Assembly (NCBI RefSeq): GCF_006345805.1
Contig: NW_021832876.1
Coordinates: 1 to 29,499 of the forward strand
Direction of reading: 5' to 3'
Source of the DNA: Octopus sinensis
Lineage: Eukaryota
DNA length: 29,499 nucleotides
Shown: positions 1 through 9,643 of the stretch, in pieces
Layout: each line of letters opens with the position of its first letter
How positions within the stretch are numbered: position 1 is the first letter of the stretch
Notes under the pieces: generated by a model
What the model was told of the DNA's origin: nothing
Database searches by the model: none
The model's input: the letters and a program-made list of their open reading frames with translations, nothing else
Made by a program: the position numbers and the translations under genes

Positions 1-147
1 TTCTTTTGAGTTGCCATATTAAAATAGACTTCTCTCTATCCTTCAGCAGTCTATTCAACCGATTTGAGACCTTTGATCAGTCTCATAAGGATTTTTCTTT
101 CTACACACACACACACACACACATGTATATATATTTATAAGTGAGCC

Positions 148-331
148 TTTGTCCCCCCCCACCGCTTGACAACTGGTGTTGTTTACTTTACGTTCCCGTA
201 ACATAGCAACTCGACAAAAGTTATCGATAAATAAATACCAGGCTGAAAAATAATTACCGGGATCGGTTCGTCGATACCTCAGCATGGCCGCTACCAAAGA
301 CTGAATCATAAGAAAGGAATAAAAGTATAAA
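148..331 (+). mobile_element. SINE family 2, degenerate 3' half
   Basis: ttgtcccccccaccgcttgacaactggtgtt...cagcatggccg...ctgaa...(aaaag)n aligns by eye with the 3' halves of the copies at 21162-21540 and 25634-26034. Confidence 0.7.
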
Positions 332-428
332 AGAATATCACAACACAAGACAATGGAGTGAAACATAATAAGCAGGGTTTCAAATGGTACAAAATTCAAT
401 TCGCTTATTGAAATGGTTCAAAATTCAA

Positions 429-656
429 GGCGGCGAGCTGGCAGAAACGTTAGCACGCCGGGCGAAATGCTTAGCGGTATTTCGTCTGCCGTTACGTTCT
501 GAGTTCAAATTCCGCGAGGTCGACTTTGCCTTTCATCCTTTCGGAGTCGATAAATTAAGTACCAGTTACGCACTGGGTCGATATAATCGACTTAATCCGT
601 TTGTCTGTTCTTGTTTGTCCTCCCTGTATTTAGCCCCTTGTGGGTAGTAAAGAAAT
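429..656 (+). mobile_element. SINE family 1 (tRNA-derived), full length
   Basis: A-box-like tggcagaaacgttag and B-box-like gagttcaaattcc, followed by the body gactttgcctttcatcctttcgg...gtaccagttacgcactggg and the tail agtaaagaaat. Near-identical copies lie at 662, 2465, 12793 and 29257. Confidence 0.9.
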
Positions 657-661
657 GGGTA

Positions 662-868
662 TTAGCACGCCGGGCGAAATGCTTAGTGGTATTTCCTCTG
701 CTGCTACGTTCTGAGTTCAAATTCCGCCGAGGTCGACTTTGCTTTTCATCCTTTTGGGTCTATTAAATAAGTACCAGTTACGCACTGAGGTCGATATAAT
801 CGGGTTAATCCGTTTGTCTGTTCTTGTTTGTCCCCTCTGTGTATAGCCCCTTGTGGGCAGTAAAGAAA
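662..868 (+). mobile_element. SINE family 1, slightly 5'-truncated, in tandem with the previous copy
   Basis: Starts at ttagcacgccgggcg a few bases after the tail of the 429-656 copy, and has the same body and tail. Confidence 0.9.
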
Positions 869-1432
869 CAAAGGAAAATTCAATTCGTTTTGTTATCCTT
901 GTGACCATGTTTAGGCCGTTATGTCAGCTGACTCTTGCAATAATTGAAGAGGGGACAGCAGAGTGAGGCAGAAAGAGAGAGAGAGAGAGAGCGAGAGAGG
1001 AAGAAAGTCCGGCGCTAAAACCTGTTCTTATGTCAAATCGTATCTCTTTCTTTATTATACTATTCCACTCTCTTTCTTTCTTTCGCTCTCTTCATCTTCT
1101 TCTTTCTCACTCTCTAGCTGTCTCAAGTCCTGTCTCTCTCTCTCTCTCTCTCTGAGTACTTCTCTTTGTATATGACTTGTGCGTCTTCGCTTGCATCTGC
1201 GCGTACTTTCCAGACGTCTGTTTTGCGTCCGTGTTCCTCAAGCAATGTGTACGCATTAACTAAGTGTGGAGTGCTCGGCCACTTACACATTGATTTCACA
1301 AGCGGGTTGTTCTGTTGATCGGATCAGCTGGAAAACTCGTCGTGGTGACCGACAGAGTGACAGTTCATATACATGTATTTATGTATAATATATACATATT
1401 TTATATTATGCACTTTTCTTTGCTATCAATCT

Positions 1433-1860
1433 TCTATCTATCTATCTAATATCTATCTATCTATCTATCTAATATATTCTTATATATAGATATATATATA
1501 TATATATATGTACGTGTATCTCTCTATACATGTTGTGTTGTGTGTGTGTGTGTGTGTGTTGTGCGTGTACAATTGAAAAATAGGATAAAATCTTTATAAG
1601 AATTATCCAAGTAGTTAGCGTAAAAATCCTCATAAAGGAAAAATCTTTCAATTTTTCTCTTAATATATTTATTTTATTGAGGCCATTACTATACATAAAT
1701 GCCACACACTAGGAAGGACTCTTAAAGTCAAAACTACAAAATAAAAAACACAGTGTACCGAATATATATATATAATAATAATATATATATATATAATATA
1801 ATATATATATATATATATTATATTATATATATATATATTTATATATATATATATATATAT
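1433..1860. repeat. Compound microsatellite cluster (TATC)n/(TA)n/(TG)n/(TA)n
   Basis: Directly visible simple repeats separated by short AT-rich spacers. Confidence 0.9.
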
Positions 1861-2040
1861 GTAAATATATAGGAAAAAAAACACCTTTATAACAATACAA
1901 CAATGAAATAACAATGATATAATTAAATTATACCATATAGAAAAAAAAAAATTAATATAAAATAAAAACATATACCAATAATTAAGTAATGTACAAAATA
2001 ATAAATAAAAGGTATATGATTGGTAAAAGGGCAATACCTG

Positions 2041-2079
<39 letters not shown>

Positions 2080-2250
2080 AGGTTAGTAGAGATAGAGGCT
2101 GGAATAATCGTCTCAGGGATAAAGAAATCCGTGGTACTACCGGTATAATTATATATGTTAACCCTGGACATACATATGCAAGCATATTATGCTCGTAGAT
2201 TACAGGTAATGACAAAGATAAACACGAGCTTATCAGGGATCAAATTTAAT

Positions 2251-2402
2251 GTAAGCAGAAAATGGAGAAATATTGATCAACAACAATTGACTTATATCAA
2301 TTATTATTTTTTAATTCAATACAAATAGATTGCACGGGATCCAGTCTATTTGTATTGAATTAAAAAATTGTTGTTGATCAATATTTCTCATTTTCTGTTT
2401 AC
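2251..2402. repeat. Near-perfect 152-bp AT-rich hairpin with a side-branch
   Basis: The left arm gtaagcagaaaatggagaaatattgatcaacaacaat...tttttaattcaatacaaatagatt pairs with the right arm agtctatttgtattgaattaaaaaattgttgttgatcaatatttctcattttctgtttac. The loop is about gcacgggatcc. Confidence 0.9.
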
Positions 2403-2464
2403 TTTATATAAATATGTGTGTGTGTGTGCGTGCATGTGTGTGTGTCTGTATATGATTTGCCATA

Positions 2465-2694
2465 GGCGGCGAGCTGGCAGAACCGTTAGCACGCCGGGCG
2501 AAATGCTTAGCGGTATTTCGTCTGCGGTTACGTTCTGAGTTCAAATTCCGCAGGGGTCGACTTTGCCTTTCATCTTTTCGGGGTCGATAAATTAAGTACC
2601 AGTTACGCACTGGGGTCGATATAATCGACTTAATTCGTTTGTCTGTCCTTGTTTGTCCCCTCTATGTTTAGCCCTTTGTGGGCAGTAAAGAAAC
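2465..2694 (+). mobile_element. SINE family 1, full length, with a 15-bp target-site duplication
   Basis: Same family as 429-656. TATATGATTTGCCAT flanks it at 2449-2463 and 2696-2710. Confidence 0.93.
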
Positions 2695-2765
2695 ATATAT
2701 GATTTGCCATGTTCGACCACTGAACTCGATACGTTTTTTCATTCTCTGCTTATTTCCTCTTATAC

Positions 2766-2801
2766 CTTTCTGTAGAAGAGCGTAGGCTTCAAATGTAAAA
2801 G
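2766..2801 (+). ncRNA. Degenerate minimal hammerhead-ribozyme motif (family A copy 1), probably inactive
   Basis: cttt-CTGTAGA-a-gagc(gtag)gctt-CAAA-tgta-aaag. Helix I and II are present, but GAAA is mutated to CAAA. Confidence 0.5.
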
Positions 2802-2906
2802 ACCTTTCCATTTTCCCGGAGTGCCAAACTAATACACTTGCTTGTTGTTCCCACACTGTCTTTTCTATTTTTCTATAAATCTCAACTATATATATATGTG
2901 TGTGTG

Positions 2907-3372
2907 TATGGCTATCCCCTCACCACTATCCACACCTCCCTTGCCAGAGCACTTCCGTGGACCGTGCATCTGCTCTATCCCTCCGCTCCCACCCCGCCGT
3001 CTCCCGTTTCCCCTTACCTCTCCAACACCACCCTCCTCACCGGCACCCATCATCGACCCTATCATATCACCGATTCCTTCACCTGCACTTCTACCAATGT
3101 CATCTACTGCATCTCCTGCTCTCTCTCTGCCCTTCTCTATACATCGGGCAAACGGAACGCCGCGTGGTTCACCGGTTCGCGGAACACCTCTGAGACATCC
3201 GACTCGGCAATGACACCTCGGTCTCGCGCCATTTTCGCTCTACCGGTCACTCTTTGCAACACCTGTCTGTGTTCGTATCGTCCTGGTACAGGGGCCATCC
3301 GGACTCCTGTTTGCGCCGTGAACAGAGATTAATCTTCTCTCTTCGCTCCTTTGCGCCACATCGGCTCAACTC
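2907..3372 (+). pseudogene. Penelope-type GIY-YIG endonuclease remnant (frameshifts, internal stop)
   Basis: Joined frames read GYPLTTIHTSLARA...HITDSFTCTSTNVIYCISCSLCPSLYIGQTERRVVHRFAEHL*DIRLGNDTSVSRHFRSTGHSLQHLSVF...RREQRLIFSLRSFAPHRLN. VIY is at 3099-3107 and YIG at 3140-3148, with the CxxC insert characteristic of PLE endonucleases. Confidence 0.9.
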
Positions 3373-4088
3373 TTCTCCCCTCTTCATCTAACCTCCTCCC
3401 TTCTCCTCTCTCCCTCTCACACCTACTTCCTCCCACCCACCTCTCCTCTCTTGCTCCGACTCCTACTTCTTCTCTTCACTCCTACTCTCCTTCTCTCCTC
3501 TTCACTCCTACCCACCTTCTCCCTTCCCCCTCTTCCTTTGATCGTCACCCCTCCCTCATAACCCCATTCTACACAATCCAACCCCACCTTCCCTATCCAT
3601 CGCATCCCACCCCACCCCATCCCTTACACCCACTCATACATATCCCACCTCTACCCCCACTCTCAGCCTACACACATACCTTACCTCTGCCTAACCTACA
3701 CCCAACCCTTGCTTTACCCACTCTTGCCTCCCCCACATCCCAACACCATCACACCACACACCACTACGCTATACACCACCATACCACACAACACCACACA
3801 ATATCACATCACACCACCACGCACACTCTAGCACTGACCACTTCCCTGCCCCACATCCACACACCTACACATACACACATGCACACGTCAAGGTCACCAG
3901 CTCTCTTCAACACGCACATTATGCTCTCTTATACACACACACGCGCACCTTCGTTTTGGGATCACCAGTACTTTATTATCTCCCCTTCTTCCTAGCTCTC
4001 CTGTGTGACCCCTCTGTCCAGCATTCGCCATGATAGATCGCTAGTCACTACACATTCTTTATTTTCTCTCCTTGTTTCTTTCTGTGTT

Positions 4089-4124
4089 CCTTTCTGTAGA
4101 AGCATAGGCTTGAAACGTTAAAGG
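4089..4124 (+). ncRNA. Minimal type-I hammerhead-ribozyme motif in PLE pLTR (family A copy 2)
   Basis: ccttt-CTGTAGA-agc(atag)gct-t-GAAA-cGTT-aaagg: 5-bp helix I, short helix II, palindromic ACGT helix III and a GUU triplet. The core has U at position 6. Confidence 0.6.
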
Positions 4125-4555
4125 TTTTTTCTCTTCCCGAGCGTTAAACTAATGCATATGTTTGTTGTCTACACCACATGTCTTTGTCTTTTGTTTTTTC
4201 TGAATTCTCCCCCCATATGTTTAATATATATATATATATTATTATATATAATATATATATATATATTTACACAGTAACACACATGCACGTACATAATTTT
4301 ATTGACAATTGTTTCACTGGTCGTGACTAATTCAAAGTGTTACTTTCAATAAGGCACAACCGACCGATATCTCAGTAATATCACAGAACACAGAACACAC
4401 ACACACACGCACACATAATATGAAAGGAAGAAAATGGAATTTAAACAGCATACTATACCCGAATATAAATTCATTACAATATATATATATACTATATATA
4501 TATATATATATATAATATATATTATATATATATATATATAATATATATATATACA

Positions 4556-5086
4556 CAGGGTGGCAATATAGTCTCTATACAGTTACAGTAACAATTAAGA
4601 CAAAGCAATTAATCTCAACAGTCCAGAAATTTTATTAGTAAGATGGTTCTGGTTAATTCTGGTGAATAACAATAAATAGCTATGGTAAACAATAGTAAAT
4701 TAATTACCGACACTGCTCGAACTGCAAGCCACCTGCTTCAATGCATTTCCTACAACGTTAGAGACCGCTTTGACAAATGTCATGACACGAATGGTTCAGA
4801 CGGCTTAAGTCTACAAATGCATCTCGAATAAATTGCTTGAGGTCATCGATATTTGATTAAAAATGACACTCGAGAGCAAGCCAACAGGTATAAGGCATTA
4901 AGTTAGATAATAGATTAAGTAAACTTCTCTCATTGGTGAGATTAACTTCCGAAAAGCTACAATTATAGACAAACTTTTATGATTTATAAGCTACAGACGC
5001 GAACCTGTTGCTTTGCTTTTTCTCTGATTCTGCTTTGCTTTTTTTTTTTTTATAAGTAACTGTATAGTTTCTTTATTGCCACCCTG
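4556..5086 (-). mobile_element. Non-autonomous Tc1/mariner deletion derivative
   Basis: TIRs of about 31 bp (cagggtggcaatatagtctctatacagttac / gtaactgtatagtttctttattgccaccctg), with TA on the right and CA on the left. The minus strand retains a transposase C-terminus: SNIDDLKQFIRDAFVDL...CRKCIEAGGLQFEQ. Confidence 0.85.
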
Positions 5087-5091
5087 TATAT

Positions 5092-5286
5092 ATATAGTTC
5101 AAATTTATAAAAAAAACAAAGACGAAGACAGGTGTAGGAACAAAAAGCGAGTGAATTAGTTTGACGCTCGGGAAAATAGATTAAGTCTTTTACGTTTCGA
5201 GCCTACGCTCCTCGACAGAAAGGAAAAGAGGAAATAGAGAATGAGAAAAAAAAAGTGTCGAGTTCAGTGGTCCAAGATGGCGAATG
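5092..5286 (-). mobile_element. Third PLE family-A pLTR, inverted (tail-to-tail with 4020-4212)
   Basis: The reverse complement cattcgccatcttggaccactgaactcgacac...cctttctgtcgaggagcgtaggctcgaaacgtaaaagac...aaactaattcac matches the repeats at 2700 and 4020. Confidence 0.85.
5187..5222 (-). ncRNA. Minimal type-I hammerhead-ribozyme motif (family A copy 3, best preserved)
   Basis: The minus strand reads CUUU-CUGUCGA-G-GAGC(GUAG)GCUC-GAAA-CGUA-AAAG: helix I 4 bp, helix II 4 bp, palindromic ACGU helix III and a GUA cleavage triplet. Confidence 0.65.
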
Positions 5287-5470
5287 ATAGTTGTGTGGTA
5301 AGACGTTTGCTTCTCAACCACATGGTTCCGGGTTCAATTCCACTGCGTGGCACATTGGGGAGGTGTCTTCTACTATAGCCTAAGGCCAACCAAATCCTTG
5401 TGAGTGGATTTGGTAGACGGAAACTGAAAGGAGACCGTCGTATATGTATGTATGTATGTGTGTTGTATGT

Positions 5471-5515
<45 letters not shown>

Positions 5516-5746
5516 TGTGAGTCATTGTGTCTTTGTTTGTCCCCCTTCACCACTTAACGATTGGTATTGCTGTGTTTACCTCCCCCTAACCTAGAGGTTC
5601 GGCAAAACAGGCCAATAAATATAAGTACTCGGCTTAAAAAATGAGTCCTGGGGTCGATTTGTTCGACTAACATACTTCAAGGTGATGCTCCAGCATGGCC
5701 ACAGTCATATGTCTGAAGCAAGTAAAAGAATAAAAGAATAAAAGAA
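5286..5746 (+). mobile_element. SINE family 2, full length, diverged
   Basis: tgtggtaag A-box-like region, gggttcaattcc B-box-like region, gtgagtggatttggtagacggaaactg body, internal (TATG/TG)n and aaaagaat tail. Confidence 0.88.
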
Positions 5747-5784
5747 CATATATATGTGTATATATATATATATAATATCTTTTT

Positions 5785-6142
5785 GTATTTCGAGGGCAAT
5801 CATTTTTATTTTTTGGCTTTTTGCCAAATTAACACACGCACTATATATTCGTTCTTCACTCATGTATTACTGTTCTTATATTAACTCATGTTCATTGTCC
5901 GGAAATCTTTCGTCACACATCTGTGACCTCTTCAACAACACTTTACATCCCCGTGTGTGCTCCTGCTCCGCTTAGTCCAGAAACACACACGAGGACGGGG
6001 AGTGTCACTGAAAATGTCACTGATGTGTGACGAAAGATTTCCGGACAATGGGCATGAGTTAAATAAGAACAGTAATAAACGAGTGAAGAATGAATATATA
6101 TTTCGTGTGTTTATTTGGCAAAAATTGACCATCCCGAAATAC
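5785..6142. mobile_element. Fold-back made of two head-to-head copies of a Penelope-like terminal repeat (family B)
   Basis: Arms ~5785-5965 and ~5978-6142 are reverse complements (about 80% by eye) around a 12-nt loop. Each arm carries a hammerhead-like core (5902-5935 minus, 6008-6041 plus). Confidence 0.75.
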
Positions 6143-6256
6143 ATCTGTTTCAATATTCGGTTTCACACCTTGCGATGCAAATCATAAAAGTATAGACACA
6201 CACAACCTGTGTGTGTGTATGTGTGTGTACGTGTGTGTGTGTGTGTGCGTGCGTGC

Positions 6257-6304
<48 letters not shown>

Positions 6305-6329
6305 GATCAGATGCATTAAGTTCTTTATT

Positions 6330-7241
6330 CAGTTAAAGCTCGTTCATTTTCCGTATTATGAGACATAATTCAATTTATTTTGTGTGTTTGTGTAAAAAAA
6401 TACGGTAAGAAATCAGAAGTTGTCAGATGTGGAGAATGCAGGGGCCGATGTATATAGCAACTGCAGGAAATTATTCTTCCTTCAAAAGTTTACCAAAGCA
6501 GATTGCTGCCTTTGCAACGTGAGCTGTCGCTCCGCCCTGTTGGATCCCCATGTAATATCTATCTTAACCGGTTAGGAGTAAGAAATTTTCGATCATAGAC
6601 CAATATTCATCTTCTGTAACAGTCACAGGGTTTCCCAAGTGGGTTACGAACGTGTAAGCTCTGATCACTTCTGATGTCATAGGGTACGATTCCTTTCCAA
6701 CCCCAAGTTCAACATGTTTGTTAATGAAGTCATTCGAATGAATATATCTCATCAAACTTTATCAACTAGTGGATAAATTCGCAATATGCTCTAGCTATTT
6801 TTTAAAAAATCAGACGCTTATTGCGATCAGTGAGCATAATTTGATATCTTCTGCTGTTGTCCCAACAGCATTTTGTACGGAAACAGGTTCAAATTTTAAG
6901 GATACGCCGCATCAACGTCAGCCAGACAGCAACCTGTTCAGACGGCATTCAGTCTGATGTTTTTCTGGTCTTCTAAACACTCCATTACACGCTTAATTAT
7001 AGCTTCGTTCTTGAGTAACTGAGGTTGGTTATTGGGTTGTGTTCCTCAAAACAACTGATCAAACACCTAATCTGTTCCTCAAAATGAGTGATCAACCATC
7101 TAATCATTGATTCGCTCAGAGAATCTCTCACGCCGTAGTGAGCAAAAATGATGAGCAAATTTCACAATTTGTGATCGACATTCAGGCGTGAATTTTTCCA
7201 AGTAAATCTCCCGGGTCTTCTTTATAAAATTGATCCACCTT
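6330..7241 (-). pseudogene. Decayed Tc1/mariner-superfamily transposase (maT/rosa-like, DUF4817-type N-terminus)
   Basis: Minus-strand fragments: EKFTPECRSQIVKF; MRRILK..LFPYK; NPVTVTEDEYWSMIENFLL; IQQGGATAH (cf. FQQDGATAH); RPLHSPHLTTSDFL (cf. WPPRSPDLTPCDFF). There are many stops and frameshifts, and the right boundary abuts TA. Confidence 0.8.
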
Positions 7242-7314
7242 ATATGTATGTGTGTATGTATGCATGTATGTATGTAGCTGAAACTTCACAAATTATTTAT
7301 ACACATACACACAC

Positions 7315-7402
<88 letters not shown>

Positions 7403-7407
7403 ATATA

Positions 7408-7439
<32 letters not shown>

Positions 7440-7497
7440 TATATATATATATATATAAACATGCTCAAATACATGTATGTATGTACGTATGCATGTA

Positions 7498-7533
<36 letters not shown>

Positions 7534-7552
7534 TGCATGTATCTATCTATAT
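7241..7552. repeat. (TATG)n/(TA)n compound microsatellite
   Basis: Directly visible. Confidence 0.9.
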
Positions 7553-7619
7553 ACACCTCCCCGCGTCACGACCACCGCAGATTAAGGGATTTCATTCTTG
7601 CGGAAAATATAAAGTATGG

Positions 7620-8975
7620 CCACTAACTTGTTTTTCAAAATCATTGAATCTTTTATTATATTCTTCTATTAATGTGTCTAAAACTGACTCGTATTCTCCA
7701 AAAGATTCATAGATATCTTCATTTTAGCTCATTACCTTCGTAAGCCGAGGAAAGTGTTCTTCTGGAAGTTTTGATTGAGCCAAAAGGAACTTGAAAAACG
7801 ACAATTTTTTTCTAAATGCCCAAATTTTTTGCCAAACATCATACATTAACTCATTTTGTTTTGACATCACATCACATAAAAATGCAACATCTCTGTGAAA
7901 ATTTAGATCTGATAAATCACAATGTTTGTTGTTTTCTTTGAAAATAAAATTTTGACCAATACTTTCCCTTGCGATAACCAGCGTACTTTTGAGTGATAAG
8001 GCAAATCCACAATAATTACATCCATCATCAGCATGTTTCGAAACTGACGATGCCTCAGGGCATTTGTTTGTATATAGTTTACAATACTTATAACCTTCTG
8101 CAAAGTGTCATTTAAACAGAGATTTTGCTGATGTAAAATACAATGAAAAGAAATCAGTACACTTGGTTCCTTGGTTACTCTTTTAAGATGTGCAATAAAT
8201 CCTTCATTTTCAGCCATCATAGCTGGAGCACCATCCGTGCTCACACTTATCAAATTAGTAAAATTTAGTTTTATGATATTGCTCTTTGAATTTGTTAAAA
8301 ATATCTATCCCTCGTGTCCTTCCTTTAAGGTTGCCTAAAGCAAATAATTCTTCATATAATTGAAAAATCATCATTTACAGCACGAATAAAATACAATACT
8401 TGTGCTGAATTTGTGGAATCTGTCGATTCACCCAAAGCTACTGAGCAATGTACATTTTCTGTTTGGATTATATTTTTCAATTACTCTGTTTACATTACAG
8501 GCCAATTCATGCTATCGATCTGTATTAGTCCTTCTTGAAAGAGGCATCTTTTTATATTTGTTAACTTTATCAGGATCTATACATCCTACAACTTCTAAAA
8601 TACATTCCCTTATGAGTTCTGCACTGCTGAATGGCTTACCTTTTTTCCAAGCAAATATTCAACTTTATAGATGGCTTCTGTCATAGCCTTCCCTTGATGC
8701 AACACAGATTGCAAAAATTGTCTTTGCTTCTATTTTCCATCTTTTAATTTCTGCAATGCTATCTTTCGAGACTCACCCTCTAATTTGACATATTTATTGC
8801 CTTTATGAAGAGAATAATGTTGCTGTGCATTGAATTTCTTAACCGCTAAAATTGCGGTATCACAAAAGAAGCAAGACATTTTGCCTCCACAATTTACTTA
8901 AAAATATTGCAATTCCCATTCTTCATTGAAAATACTATTTTCTTCTTTCAAAGTTCGTCTTAATTTTTTTGACAT
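7620..8975 (-). pseudogene. Decayed hAT transposase, SPIN/Charlie (GTF2IRD2/ZBED5-like) type, C-terminally truncated
   Basis: ATG at 8975, then MSKKLRRTLKEENSIFNEEWELQYF*...CFFCDT...QHYSLH; SVALGESTD..AQV; SVSTDGAPAM; FHCILHQQNLC; VRWLSQGKVL; VAFLCDVMSKQNEL. It ends at [12 protein letters not shown] (~7630). Confidence 0.92.
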
Positions 8976-9049
8976 AATTTTGGGTTAAAAAGAAATGTAT
9001 TTATTCTGAAAAACCATAAAAAAATAAAAGTTTAATAATGAATTAATAA

Positions 9050-9643
9050 AGCCGGCCGCACACTGACCCAAATAAAACAGTCTTAGACAAGACACGACAA
9101 ACTAGCATCCAAAACCGTGTTTTTGGTTTTGACTTTAGCAATTGTTACTACCATTCGAGACTAAACAATATCTAGATTAGCTATAATTTTCTTTCTGTAA
9201 TTAGTACAGCTATTTAAATAAATAAATAAATGCGCCCTTTTAAAGCCTAGCCAGGCTCATGAGCCCGTTTTCCTGGTTTCTATGGTGTATGTGCTCCCCA
9301 GCTGGACCGGACGCCAGTCCATCGCAGCGTTACTCATTTTTACCAGCTGAGTGGACTGGATACAACGTGAAATTAAGTGTTTTGCTCAAGAACACAACGC
9401 GTCTCCCGGTCCAGGAATCGAAAGCACAATCTTACAATCATGATGCTAACACTCTAACCACTAAGCCACGCGCCTCTACAGAACCATTATTTATCATTAC
9501 CTAATTGTTGCAGAAATAAAATAAAATATCAACGGCTTCCAATCTCACAAAATAATGACCAAGATTCCAAGAACATGGTTTCGGACGCTGATTGACTGTG
9601 TCTTGTCTAAGACCGTTTTGTCTGAAGCAGTGTGCAGCCGGTT
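9050..9643. mobile_element. PIF/Harbinger-like MITE containing a nested SINE
   Basis: Imperfect TIRs of about 78 bp (agccggccgcacactgacccaaataaaacagtcttagacaagacac... / ...gtgtcttgtctaagaccgttttgtctgaagcagtgtgcagccggtt), flanked by TAA at 9047-9049 and 9644-9646. A 3-bp TWA TSD is the Harbinger signature. Confidence 0.75.
9215..9477 (-). mobile_element. SINE family 3, tail type a ((TTTA)n)
   Basis: The minus strand has a tRNA-like head (ggcttagtggttagag...ttcgattcc) and the core ttgtgttcttgagcaaaacacttaatttcacgttgtatccagtccactcagctgg, which is shared with 11145-11399 and 20011-20306. Confidence 0.88.

Larger units (their letters stand above)
2696..4212 (+). mobile_element. Penelope-like element (PLE), 5'-truncated partial tandem: pLTR - endonuclease remnant - C/T-rich 3' region - pLTR
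   Basis: Direct repeats of about 190 bp at ~2700-2890 and ~4020-4212 (shared ctttctgtagaag...taggct...aaactaat...) bracket a GIY-YIG remnant. This architecture is typical of PLEs. Confidence 0.85.

Noticed and set aside
429-520. tRNA genes at SINE heads
   Set aside because: A/B boxes are present but there is no complete cloverleaf, and each continues into a multi-copy SINE body. They are tRNA-derived SINEs, not tRNA genes.
1200-1365. Possible RTE 3'-UTR/SINE-tail remnant
   Set aside because: It looks familiar from octopus repeats, but there is no second copy or coding motif in this window to support it.
3351-3995. 214-aa Pro/His/Thr-rich ORF
   Set aside because: It lies in the C/T- and CAC-rich low-complexity 3' region of the Penelope element. 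The stop-poor composition explains its length, and there is no domain signal.
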